A stretch of DNA of 64,000 bases from Calditrichia bacterium (GTDB taxonomy: Bacteria > Calditrichota > Calditrichia > JAJRVZ01): positions 576,001-640,000 of the forward strand of contig CAWCNS010000007.1 of assembly GCA_963796965.1 (NCBI GenBank), given 5' to 3'. The position numbers and the translations under genes are program-made. The first letter of the stretch is position 1; each line of letters opens with the position of its first letter. A model generated the notes under the pieces. It was given only the letters and a program-made list of their open reading frames with translations, was not told the origin of the DNA and made no database searches. Below are positions 1 to 10,314 of the stretch, piece by piece.

Positions 1-1
1 T

Positions 2-163
2 TTTGGCTAGATAGTCTTCAGCATCAATCTGCATTACTTGCAGATACTTCGGATCATTATTAGCGAAAAAAGGTTTCATGGATGCTCTGCTGGAATCCAA
101 TTGTTCGCGAAGTTTATCGTTGATTTTCAGACCTACAAATATAATGCTACTATCTTTCTGCAT
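2..163 (-). CDS. Hypothetical protein, 5' part only (runs off the window start)
   Basis: ATG at 163 opens an uninterrupted frame MQKDSSIIFVGLKINDKLREQLDSSRASMKPFF... to the window edge; read by hand. Confidence 0.5.
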   Translation of the reverse strand, partial: MQKDSSIIFVGLKINDKLREQLDSSRASMKPFFANNDPKYLQVMQIDAEDYLAK

Positions 164-528
164 AGGGATGCCTGTATTTTTTAGTCTTGAATCTTATATA
201 CAATTAAAAATCTTTATATTCAGTGTTTTCCATATATTTTTTCAAAAATTATTGAAATCTTCTGCCGAAGATTTGAATTTTATTATATTTCTCAAGACAA
301 TTTAAACAATATAATGGATTTACCATAGATAAAAAGATACCTATGTTGTCTGATAAAGGACTATTTTCTTAATAGAACTAAGAGATAAGAGCACGTTTAC
401 TTCTATAATAAATACAATAATTCAAAAATTCAAAAAAATTAGTCCTGTCTCTTTTTTGGATCACTTAAATTCTGGATGTATATTTTACGGTGTAAATACT
501 TATAACCTGTTTAATTAATACGAGCTGA

Positions 529-1344
529 ATGCATTACTTGTTGCTGAATTATATTATATATTTTTGCCTTGCGGCCATATGTTTTATGACCACCAGTTGT
601 AGCACAACACGCTCCCATTATGCCTGGGGTGAAGATGCTACTATTTCACCTGGATGGGCGCGGGTAGGAGAATCTGCCTCCAATGCTGCTTTCCAGCCTG
701 AGACCTGGGCGCCACTTGCTACAGCCGTATTGTTAGCCATTTCCGGTGCAGACAGTAAAGTTCAGACTTGGGCATCGGAAAATACCCCCATTTTTGGATC
801 AGTATCCCGGGCCAGAGATGCCAGTGATAATCTGCTAAAGGTATCATCCTGGATTTACCTTACATCAGTCATAATTACACCAAGCGGCAATAATATCCCA
901 ACTTTGTTATTGAACAAGACTAAAGGTCTGGCTGTAGGATTTGGTGCAATACTATCAACACAACTCCTGACGGCAGAACTAAAAACCATTGCAGGACGCG
1001 TACGTCCAGATAGTTCTGATTCGAGAAGTTTTCCATCTGGCCATACCTCAGCTGTCGCGACCAATATGATGTTAACCAGTCGAAATATCGAATATCTGGA
1101 ATTGGAGCCCTGGGCCGAGGATGCAATCAAGATTGGTCTGAACACTATGACTTTAACAACAGCCTGGGCCCGAATTGAAGGCAGGGCCCATTATCCGTCG
1201 GATGTTCTCTTTGGGGCTGCTTTGGGCAATTTTATAGGTGCCTTTATCAATGATACTTTTCTGGGTAGATTTTCTGATAATATTAAACTAACGACTGATA
1301 TTGGCCCAGACCACAGGGTATTAAATTTATGGATCGGATTTTAA
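529..1344 (+). CDS. PAP2-family phosphatase, probable lipoprotein
   Basis: PAP2 motifs K-x6-RP (KTIAGRVRP), SFPSGH and RIEGRAHYPSDV; hydrophobic N-terminus ending TTSC. Confidence 0.85.
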   Translation: MHYLLLNYIIYFCLAAICFMTTSCSTTRSHYAWGEDATISPGWARVGESASNAAFQPETWAPLATAVLLAISGADSKVQTWASENTPIFGSVSRARDASDNLLKVSSWIYLTSVIITPSGNNIPTLLLNKTKGLAVGFGAILSTQLLTAELKTIAGRVRPDSSDSRSFPSGHTSAVATNMMLTSRNIEYLELEPWAEDAIKIGLNTMTLTTAWARIEGRAHYPSDVLFGAALGNFIGAFINDTFLGRFSDNIKLTTDIGPDHRVLNLWIGF

Positions 1345-1621
1345 ACACAAAGAACACAAAGTAACCACAGAGGACTCAGAGAAAAGATTATTTCTGTTTA
1401 TTAAATCACGGTTAGTACTAATCTATTGGTTATATTTATGATTTAGGATAGGTACGATCTAAAACTCTAAAGATTTTCTCTGCGAACTCTGCGTCTTTTG
1501 CGCCTCTGCATGAGAAAGAACTAAACGCAAAGAACTCCAAGAAAGCACCAAGTTCACAAAGTTATAATACCCCTTTATGTTCTTTGTGTCCTCTGAGGCT
1601 TCTATGTGAACTTTGTATTTA
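1343..1621. repeat. Diverged copy of the composite intergenic palindromic element
   Basis: Starts AAACACAAAG-AACACAAAG, ends CTTTGTG..CTTTGTATTT, internal CTCTGCG-repeat module; same layout as 17779-18023. Confidence 0.7.
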
Positions 1622-1675
1622 ATAAAGAAAGATATATCATCACGCCAAATATTAAGAAAGGTAAATGGTGATTTT

Positions 1676-2729
1676 ATGAAACATTCTCTCCTGCTTTCTA
1701 TCTTTTCGTTAAGCCTCTTGATCAATCCGGTAGTTGCCGATGAAAAAATTGAATTTTCCGGGTATGGTGCCGCAGGTTATCTGTTTATAGACCAGAATCC
1801 TTTAACAGAAGCAAATCAGCCAACCTATTATATAGGGAAATTGCAGGCAGATATTGAGTTTAATGATGAGATTGAAGCCCAACTTGATCTGCGTGGAAAT
1901 TCTGTTACAAACAATATTACTTTCCGTGAATTTTCGGCCAAATTCAAATATATGAATCATATACGCTTCAAAATGGGCCATATAAAAAGGCCCTTTGGCC
2001 ACGAATACATGATTAACCGGGAAGATTTGCCAACGATTAATCGCAGTGTTGTCCAAAACAATTTGTCACTCATGGGTTATAGTGTGCGCTCGGTCAGCGT
2101 AATGGCCTATTACAATTATTCTAAAAAGCGTCCGGATTTCCCCTATACCTACGCCCTTTCCCTCTTTAAAGATAATTCACTCGGTTCAGGAGCCGGATTA
2201 CGCGGTTTATATCATATTAATAACTTCAGTTTCGGATTTAATTACCTGTTTCAGAATACAAGTGGGAACTATCCGGTCTCTGCCCACGGCATTGAATTGG
2301 AAGGCGGATTTACTGGTAAAAAAAGTAACCTTAACGCTCAAATAATTTATGTCCGCGATCCGATTCGAAGTCGAGAAATTATGGCCGCCAATGATGCCCG
2401 TGCCAAAGAGGATCAGCCGCCTCTTGATCAAAGCGAAAAGGTCTACAGTGCAGGCGCAGCACTGGAGGGATCAATTTTATTTGATACGGGAGCCAAGGTG
2501 ATCAAAACCATTGAACCTCTCATTTTATTCAAGCTTTTTTATTCCTGATAATCAAAAAATGGACAATCATATTCTGCAAGGTCTGGCAGGTGTAAATTTT
2601 TACTTTACGAAAAAGGTACGAATAAGGCTAAACGCCGATCTGCGTCTAACCAAGAGTGAATATGATGAATCCGGGGATTATGCTACCAATGAATCACGGG
2701 CCATCGTTGAATTGCACGTTCGGTTCTAG
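1676..2729 (+). CDS. Outer-membrane porin (phosphate-selective O/P-like), frameshifted near 2530
   Basis: Signal peptide MKHSLLLS..., FKMGHIKRPFGHE motif, alternating beta strands, terminal Phe; ORFs 1613-2548 and 2511-2729 join. Confidence 0.65.
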
Positions 2730-2760
2730 GTAAAGACATTGAAAAAAAAGATAAAAGACT

Positions 2761-2857
2761 TACCACAAAGTACTCAAAGTAGGCACAAAGTTCCCAAAGA
2801 TAGAATTTTTATAAAAAACTTTGTGACCTTGGTGCCTTCTTGGTGAACTTTGTGGTT
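2761..2857. repeat. Short (core-less) ACCACAAAG...CTTTGTGGT palindromic element
   Basis: Four ~9-10 nt CACAAAG modules, AT-rich loop, four complementary modules. Confidence 0.85.
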
Positions 2858-2895
2858 AAAAATCAGATAAACAATTCACTTATAAAGCAAGAGAT

Positions 2896-4029
2896 ATGAT
2901 AATAATGGGTTCTTATAAAGTTTATTTAATAATGGCGTTACTTTGTTTTGTATATAGCTGTGATGAGACAGTTATGTATAATGGTTCGGAAGGCCTTTCA
3001 GAGATGCCGGTGATAGAAGTATTTATTGATGAGGATGAATATTTCAATCTGCTCCAAAACAAAACGACAAAAACAGAAGTTCCCATGAAATTAATACATA
3101 AGGGTGAGACAAACACAGGTATTATCCGCTCAAGCGGTGGAGGTTCGCGCATGCATCCCCGCTGGAATTATCGTATTGAACTTAATAATAATGCTGAAGT
3201 GGAAGGACTAAACACCTTCTCACTTAGTTCCCAATCTCTTGACCCCACAATGATCCATACCACACTTGTGTCCCGCCTGTACTCACTACGCGGGACCCCT
3301 ATTTTTCGCAATAAACATGTCTTTTTAAAGATAAATAATCAGGATAAGGGTTTATACCTGCTTGTGGAAAGGATCGATGAACAATTTTTCAATTTAAGAG
3401 ACATACCAACCTACGAGATTTACCAGGCAGGTTTTGATTCAGATTTTACATTTGGGGGGGAGGATCATCCTCAGTTTACCTACGATAAAAAACTGCCGGA
3501 AGATAAAAACTATACCCATCTTTTTAATTACATCCATGCTATCGACACATGCGGGATAGATGATATCGAGCAGAGTCTTAATAATTACATGGATATTGAT
3601 GATTATCTTCAATACCATGCAATGTCATCCATTACTAATAATAACGATGCCTTTAAAAATAATTATTACCTGCATCGACGTACGGCAACCGCTCCTTACA
3701 CTTTTATTCCCTGGGATTTTGACAGGGCTTTTGATCCTGAGGCTGAGGTTGGTTTTGCTGGTGAGAATACATTATTTGAAAAAATAATTCAGAACCCTTC
3801 AATAGAAGAGAAGTATTTAAGAGAAATAGAACATATTCTGGATAACTACTTTCGGGAGGATATCCTCTTCCCAATTATTGATTCCACGGCGAGTTATATA
3901 GAAAAGGCATATAATCTTGATCCTTTCCTTGGCGGAGGCGGTTATAACCTTGAATACCAGGTGAAGGAGTTAAAAGAAGTCATCTCAGAACAAATTGCGT
4001 TTTTTAGAGGATCGGGCGAAGATATTTAA
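2896..4029 (+). CDS. CotH kinase-family lipoprotein
   Basis: Lipobox VYSC; GLYLLVERID, NNYYL and PWDFDRAF motifs typical of CotH. Confidence 0.85.
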   Translation: MIIMGSYKVYLIMALLCFVYSCDETVMYNGSEGLSEMPVIEVFIDEDEYFNLLQNKTTKTEVPMKLIHKGETNTGIIRSSGGGSRMHPRWNYRIELNNNAEVEGLNTFSLSSQSLDPTMIHTTLVSRLYSLRGTPIFRNKHVFLKINNQDKGLYLLVERIDEQFFNLRDIPTYEIYQAGFDSDFTFGGEDHPQFTYDKKLPEDKNYTHLFNYIHAIDTCGIDDIEQSLNNYMDIDDYLQYHAMSSITNNNDAFKNNYYLHRRTATAPYTFIPWDFDRAFDPEAEVGFAGENTLFEKIIQNPSIEEKYLREIEHILDNYFREDILFPIIDSTASYIEKAYNLDPFLGGGGYNLEYQVKELKEVISEQIAFFRGSGEDI

Positions 4030-4068
4030 TAATAGTGTATCGCGTACCGCTCTGCATGAGATAAAAGA

Positions 4069-4167
4069 TAACCACAAAGAGCACCAAGAAGGCACTAAGA
4101 TCACAAAGTTTTTAATATGAATTATTTCTTTGTGTACTTTGTGCCTTCTTGGTGTACTTAGTGGTTA
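4069..4167. repeat. Short ACCACAAAG...GTGGTTA palindromic element between convergent genes
   Basis: Same modules as 2761-2857 and the same downstream tail (AAAxCAGAxAAACAATT). Confidence 0.85.
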
Positions 4168-4226
4168 AAAAAGCAGACAAACAATTAGGTAGACCTTGAA
4201 AACGTGGTGGCGCTGCGCGAGACTGG

Positions 4227-6861
4227 TTATTCGTATTTCAAAGCATCTACCGGATTCGCTGTTGCCGCTTTTAAAGATTGATATGAGATTGTCAATAGGC
4301 TGATGATAACCGCCAGCAAAGTGGACAAGAGAAACGTATAAATGTTTATATCAATCCTGTATGGAAATTCGTTTAACCATTGCGCGATAGAAAAATAAGC
4401 CAGAGGATAGGCGATGATATTGGCAACGAGGACCAGGGCGATCAATTCCTTACTCAACAAGGCCATGATCTGAGTGACGGAACTACCCAATGTCTTACGG
4501 ATGCCGATTTCTTTGGTGCGTTTTTCAGCCGCATAGGCAACCATCCCAAACAGCCCAAGGCAGGCAATAAAAATCGCCAGGAATGTAAAATAGGAAATAA
4601 TATCGCGTGAACGCTCGATATTGATAAATTGATCATTAAAATCTTCATCCAGAAAATAATAGTTAAATGGCTTGTCTGGAAAAAGCCCTCCCCATATTTC
4701 TTTCATTTTTGAGATAAGCTCCCTGGATATCCTCAGGTCGAATGCGTGTTGCTATGACCCTGATCTTAGCATATTCAAAGGGATAATCCAGGACATTAGC
4801 GATAAAAAATGGTTGAATTTCTCTGGTTAACGAGGATAAATGAAAATCCTTTACCACCCCTATCACCTTCCGGTTTTCATAAGTGAGCAATTCCGGATCA
4901 TCCGTATTTGGCGTTTGAATAAATTTGCCGAGTGATTTCTCCCATCCAAATTTCCTTGCGGCCGTTTCATTTATAATCACAGATCCGCGCGGATCAGAGC
5001 CAAATTCTTTGGAAAAATTCCGGCCTTCTATAATTTCTATTTCCAGGGTTGGTATAAATCCCTCATCTATATTTAATTCCCGCATCAATTGTGTATTATC
5101 TTTTGTAAATCCCTGAGGAATCTTGCTGTTCATCGGTCCACTCCAGCCTGGTAAAGTAGATCCGGCTCCGGAATTGATTACATCCGGCAATTGACGATAT
5201 TTATCCTGAAGGAGGGGCACAGCCTGACGAACGGTTTCATCCCTCACTGAAATGCAAACAACATGCTCTTTCTCAAATCCGGCATCTTTTGTTTTTAAAA
5301 AATCTAATTGCTGTACCACGAGAGCCGTACCAATAATTAAGGTAATAGATATCACAAATTGTGTTACCACTAAAAACCGTCGAAAGTAGATATTCGCTTT
5401 TGGCATATTAAACTTACTTTTCATTACATCTACAGGCTCGAATCGCGATAGAATCAAAGCAGGATAACTACCGGCGATCAACCCGACAAAAATTGTACAG
5501 ATGATCAGGCCAGGAATCAACCAGGATATTTCCAGAACATTATTAGATAATTCCCTCTGCGCATAGTCACTTATAACCGGTAAGAGTATAAGAGCCACGA
5601 CCATAGCAATTATCATCGCCACAGCACTTAATAATAAAGCCTCGGTTAGAAATTGTTTGATGAGCCTGCTCCGATTTGCACCTAAAACCTTGCGAATACC
5701 GACTTCAGTTGCACGGGTCATTGAACGTGCCGAAGAAAGGTTCATAAAATTAACACAGGCAATAAGCAATATAAAAGCCGCGACTGCACTGAAAATATAG
5801 ACATAGGTTATCGGGCCAAAATCTCTGTTTAAAGGACGCAAATAGATATCTTTCATGGGCTGTAGAAATACCGTGATAAGACGCCCCACTTGCTTCTAAT
5901 TCTTCCGCGGCATATTCATAATATATATTTTCTATCTTCTTTTCAAGATTCTGCCTTATCTGTACCTTCTTTTAATAGTACGTAAGTATTAAAATTATGT
6001 GAGGTCCAATCTGTTAAAATCCGGGGTGACATCTTATTTCCGCGTGTAGATGTGCTAAAGGAGCACAGCCCATTAAAACTCAAGGGTTGAATATCGTGGC
6101 AACATCGGCCACAATTCCCGTAACAGTATAATTTTCAGTATCATTAAGTGATAATTGTTTTTCCGATAGGATCTTCATTTTCGAAATATTTCGCTTGCTG
6201 TTTCCTCTGTTAGTACAATAGAGAATGGGACTTTTAGTGCTGTCTCAGGATCACCTTTTATAAGCGGCCAGGAAAATATATTAAATACAGCATTATCAGT
6301 ATAATGAAATCGTTCTGTGAACTGCTTTTCATTGTATTTCACTGAAGTTCTCATGTAGCGAAATCGGGTCGTTTCCTCAACTTCCGGATAGTTACTTTTT
6401 AATGCCTCGGCGATGACACCATTAGTACCTGTTTGTCTGGCATTAAAATTAGCATAGGCCATTTCTTCGCCGACTCTGTAGATACGGTCTTTTTTTGTAT
6501 GATAATTATCAAAACTGAGTTCAGAATTGATATAAATAGCCAATATTATACAGCAGGCCAGGCCGATTGAGAGACCGGAAATATTTATCACTGTAAAGGA
6601 TTTATGTTTTTTAATATTTCTAAAGGCTGTTTTTAGATAATTATTAAACATAACAATGCTCCAAAAAAGATGACTCTTTATAAAATTAATAAAAGGAAAA
6701 CAGATCTGGCCGACATACCAAAGATTTGCAGAACCCCTACCCTTCTCCTCACGGATATAATGATACTCTTCTTCCAAATCTCCGATAACGGTTTGCCTGT
6801 TACCAGATCGCGTCATCATGGATATGATCCACACGGCTATCCTAGGCGGATTGTTTTTCAT
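4227..6861 (-). CDS. MacB/FtsX-type duplicated ABC permease with N-terminal permease-prefix domain; several frameshifts
   Basis: PPRIA..GDLEEEY prefix, NYLKTAFRNI, LLIACVNFMNL, RATEVGIRKVLGA, KRTKEIGIRKTLGS, ANPVDALKYE; pieces 6175-6882, 4663-5889, 4227-4706. Confidence 0.9.
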
Positions 6862-6865
6862 CTCG

Positions 6866-7195
6866 TTATACGCCACCATCAAAAACTAAGTTATCAAAAT
6901 CTCCCCAAACTTTGCGATACATTTCCATCGCTTCTTTAAGGGCCGCTCTTCCTTCAGTTGTTATTTGATAATAGGCTTTACTTCTTCCACCTCTTGTCGG
7001 GGTGGGCTCACCGGCCTGTTTCTGTACATATTCTTTTACTCTTAACTGGTCCAGTAAAAAATATAAGGTGCCATAAGGAATGTCCTTACCCGTTTCTTCT
7101 TTTATTTTTCTCCTGAGAGCAACGCCATAGGCCTTATCCTGCATTTTCCAGATAGTGATTAGGACCAGTTCTTCAGCCTTGCTAAGTTCTTTCAT
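6866..7195 (-). CDS. PadR-family transcriptional regulator
   Basis: EELVL, AYGV, GTLY..LDQL, GEPTPTRGGRSKAYY; the usual partner upstream of these permeases. Confidence 0.9.
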   Translation of the reverse strand: MKELSKAEELVLITIWKMQDKAYGVALRRKIKEETGKDIPYGTLYFLLDQLRVKEYVQKQAGEPTPTRGGRSKAYYQITTEGRAALKEAMEMYRKVWGDFDNLVFDGGV

Positions 7196-7211
7196 ATGTA
7201 TTCCTCGCTAT

Positions 7212-7230
7212 TATTCAAGTTACTTGAATA
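7212..7230. promoter_or_regulatory. Putative PadR operator (perfect palindrome)
   Basis: TATTCAAGT-T-ACTTGAATA, 16 bp upstream of the PadR start, beside its RBS. Confidence 0.55.
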
Positions 7231-7311
7231 TATATATGTACGAGTTTCTTGAAAAAAGTTTCATTACTTTTTCAATGAGCAGCCGTTTTACGGAGTGAAA
7301 TTTAAAAAGAC

Positions 7312-7551
7312 TACCACTAAGGTTCACCAAGAAGGCACAAAGATCACAAAGTATTTATAAAAAGTTTTTTGTGCTTAGTGTTAAGTTTTTTTCTCGCAGA
7401 GCCGCAGAGGACGCAGAAAAATATTAGGATTTTAGATCTCGCTGATTGTCAATTTATAGTCAATACCAACAATCTATATTAACCACAGTTGAAAAAATAG
7501 AATTATTTTTTCTTTGCGTACTTTGTGCCTTCTTTGTGTACTTTGTGGTTA
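7312..7551 (-). repeat. Composite ~240-bp palindromic element with conserved core
   Basis: Reverse-complement copy of 17779-18023. Confidence 0.9.
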
Positions 7552-7607
7552 AAGATCAGATAAACAATTAAGAAATACGCTGCGGGCAATTATTGGCTTT
7601 TAAATAC

Positions 7608-7638
7608 AAAAGTCCCGGCACCTGAGTACCGGGACTTT
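7608..7638 (-). terminator. Rho-independent terminator
   Basis: AAAGTCCCGG...CCGGGACTTT stem followed by a T run on the minus strand, 30 bp after the FISUMP gene stop. Confidence 0.7.
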
Positions 7639-7667
7639 AACCAAAATCTATGTTTGTCAGATATCAA

Positions 7668-8967
7668 TTAATCCATGACACAACGGACGGAAAGACCGTA
7701 TGAACGAACAAGACCTACACGGCTTACCTGAGATTTGGTGAAATGTAGTATACGTACCATGGCATTGACATTATTGCTTGCAGTTAATCCGGTTGATGTC
7801 CAGAAATAACCGCCCTGCCCAATCCAGCCATAGGCAGCAGATATTCCATCGCGGAGAACCCCCGGAAGAGCAGTAAATCCACTTTCGTTTGTAGCACCGG
7901 TATTGGGAGCAGTCCAGTGGGTTGTACCGATTTCTTTCAATTTCCCACCCTCGTTTGTTCCTCTCCATAAGGTTAGATTGGCTTGCTCCTCACTCATTCC
8001 AAGATACATTTCTAACTCTTTCCAGTCATCATGCTGAGGCCACATGCCAGCCTTCTGGTGCAATCTGATTTGCATTGCCAACGGCATGAAAATTATATAA
8101 TAATCCATACTTAGTTATATTGTCAGTATTATTTTCGTAATAGCTATAGAGCACCCTTTGTACTCCTTGCCAATATAAATCCCGTGGTTCCCAGGGAATA
8201 GCAACGCCATTGCGATAATGGGTTACCCGTAAATTCTCAACCATCCACCATTGATTGCCGATTTTAACCGTCGTATATACATTCCCATCGATATCAGTTA
8301 CAGTTCCCGGATCACCAGAGCCGTCACTGACACTCACCTGTATCGAAGTTGTATCTACCTGGCCGTTTGTATCCTTTACTTCAAGGAAAATCCTGAAGTC
8401 TCCTTCAGACACATAGGTGTGTTCAGCCGTTTTAGTTGTTGCGTAATCTGTATCCCATGTCCCATCGGATTCCCAGTCCCAGCGAACTTCAATTGCAGAT
8501 ACGGGATCTTCCTTGTCGGAGCTTCCAGAGGCATCCACCTGAAAGACAGTAGACGTATTGCCAGTTGAAGGAGATACCGTGAAAGATGCTTTTGGAACTT
8601 CATTATTTATCTTCACGGTGATCACTTCTGAATCGCTAACATTATTAGCTGAGTTATAGGCTTTCGCCTTAATAGAATGGGCCCCATTCCGACCTGAAGT
8701 ATTCCATTCATAGCCATAATCAGCTGATTCATCTGTAAACTCTAGTGTTCCATCAATATAGAATTCTACCTTTTTAATGCCATCATCATCATTTGCATCT
8801 GCTTTGATTGTAATGATGATCCCTTCATCCCATTCTGAATTATTAAGTGGATTAGAAATTGAAACGGTAGGAAATTTTTCATCATTGGTAGAAATGGGAT
8901 CTTTCCCGCAGGAAATAAATAACAGTATCGAAACAATTATTACGATAACAAAATGTTTGTAGCGCAT
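7668..8967 (-). CDS. Lipoprotein with Ig-like, PKD and FISUMP (Fibrobacter major paralogous) domains; frameshift near 8040
   Basis: Lipobox FISC; VTDIDGNVYTTVKIGNQWWMVENLR, YGLLYN, APEGWHV, TNESGFTALPG, GLSVRCVMD; DASGSSDKED..RWDWESDG PKD. Confidence 0.9.
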
Positions 8968-9212
8968 GGCAGAATCCTTTCTCTGTTGTATGAATATCGT
9001 TTGCTAAATAAATCCATATAGTGTTGAAACATCATAACTTTTTCTTCCTGGTTCAGACCTTTACAGGTCGCATCACCCATATAAATCGATCCGCTAAAGA
9101 GATCATCAGTAATATAAGATCCTTGTTATAATACAAAATATGATCTTTGCTCTCTTATTCAACTGCATAATGATGCTGTTTATGAATAGTTTTTCTTAAA
9201 CAAAGAGAAGAA

Positions 9213-9230
9213 ACTACATGAATATGTAGT
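9213..9230. promoter_or_regulatory. Palindrome ACTACAT-N4-ATGTAGT, candidate response-regulator site
   Basis: Perfect 7-4-7 inverted repeat upstream of the FISUMP gene; related copy at 9985-10002. Confidence 0.45.
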
Positions 9231-9299
9231 AAAAGAAGGATTAGAGGTCAGATAAAGTGTGTTTAAAACAGAATGGTGAGCAGAATAGAATTAGTTATA

Positions 9300-9935
9300 T
9301 CAAATCCATCCGCTGCGCATGGCTTTGGCTACAGCTTCAGATTGTGAATGAACATGAAGTTTTTTGTAAATATTTCGGATATAATACCGCACTGTATCAA
9401 GACTAATACAAACCGTCTCAGCTATGATTTTGTAACTATTCCCCTTAGAAAGATTTACTAAGATCTCTTTTTCACGATCACTTAAATTGCTATCTGAAGG
9501 CTCATTACGGTGGACATTGGTATTAAAATACGAGACAACTCTTCGGGCGATATTGGCACTCATGGGCGAGCCACCATTATAAGCTTCATTTATTGCCTCA
9601 ATCAAACGTGCGGGAGGTGTTTTTTTGATCAGATAGCCACAGGCCCCGGCACAGAGCGCATCAAAGATATTATCGTCATCTTCATAAACTGATAGCATTA
9701 GTATAAGAATGTCAGGTAAAATTAATTTAGCCCTTTTAATGCCCTCGATACCGGTAATTCCCGGAAGGCCTATATCCATAAGAATCAGATCAGGATTAAC
9801 ATGTTCCAGGTTTTCAAGCATATCCTCACAATTACCGTAATTGTTCACGCACTTCAAACCTTCTGTCGCATTTATTAAGACAGTTAATCCTTCGCGAATG
9901 GTTTTATTGTCTTCTACGATTATGATATTAATCAT
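9300..9935 (-). CDS. NarL/LuxR-family response regulator
   Basis: Receiver (IVEDN, LMDIGLPG, GYLIK) plus LuxR HTH (LSDREKEIL..TVRYYIRNIYKKLHV). Confidence 0.95.
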   Translation of the reverse strand: MINIIIVEDNKTIREGLTVLINATEGLKCVNNYGNCEDMLENLEHVNPDLILMDIGLPGITGIEGIKRAKLILPDILILMLSVYEDDDNIFDALCAGACGYLIKKTPPARLIEAINEAYNGGSPMSANIARRVVSYFNTNVHRNEPSDSNLSDREKEILVNLSKGNSYKIIAETVCISLDTVRYYIRNIYKKLHVHSQSEAVAKAMRSGWI

Positions 9936-10046
9936 TAAGAACCTTTCTTTTTACTTAGTCTAAGAAGGATAAGGTGCAAAGTCAATTGCATGATCATGTA
10001 GTTTTTATAGTTTGTATCATGAGAAACTGTAACATCTTTTTTTTAG

Positions 10047-10312
10047 ACAGGATCACAGGATTTACAGGATTAAATTTGATAAATAGCTTTTTTATATCAC
10101 GAAGTGACACGAAGATCACTCGAAGATGCATGAAGTATTTGGAAATTATTAATCACGAAGCGATGTCATTCCGTCCCGGAAAGGGATCGCGCTTCGGGAT
10201 AGGAATCTTTCTGGGTGAAAAGTGTCTTCAGAACAGGTGGGAAGATCCTTATCCATAGGATCCCGTTCCGGGACAGGATCACAAAGCCTGTCTGTCATTC
10301 CGAAGGAATCTT
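10047..10312. repeat. Mosaic of short repeats between kinase and regulator
   Basis: ACAGGAT x3, CACGAAG modules, GTCATTCCG..GGAATCT REP-like units, TCCCGTTCCGGGACAGG hairpin. Confidence 0.65.
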
Positions 10313-10314
10313 TC

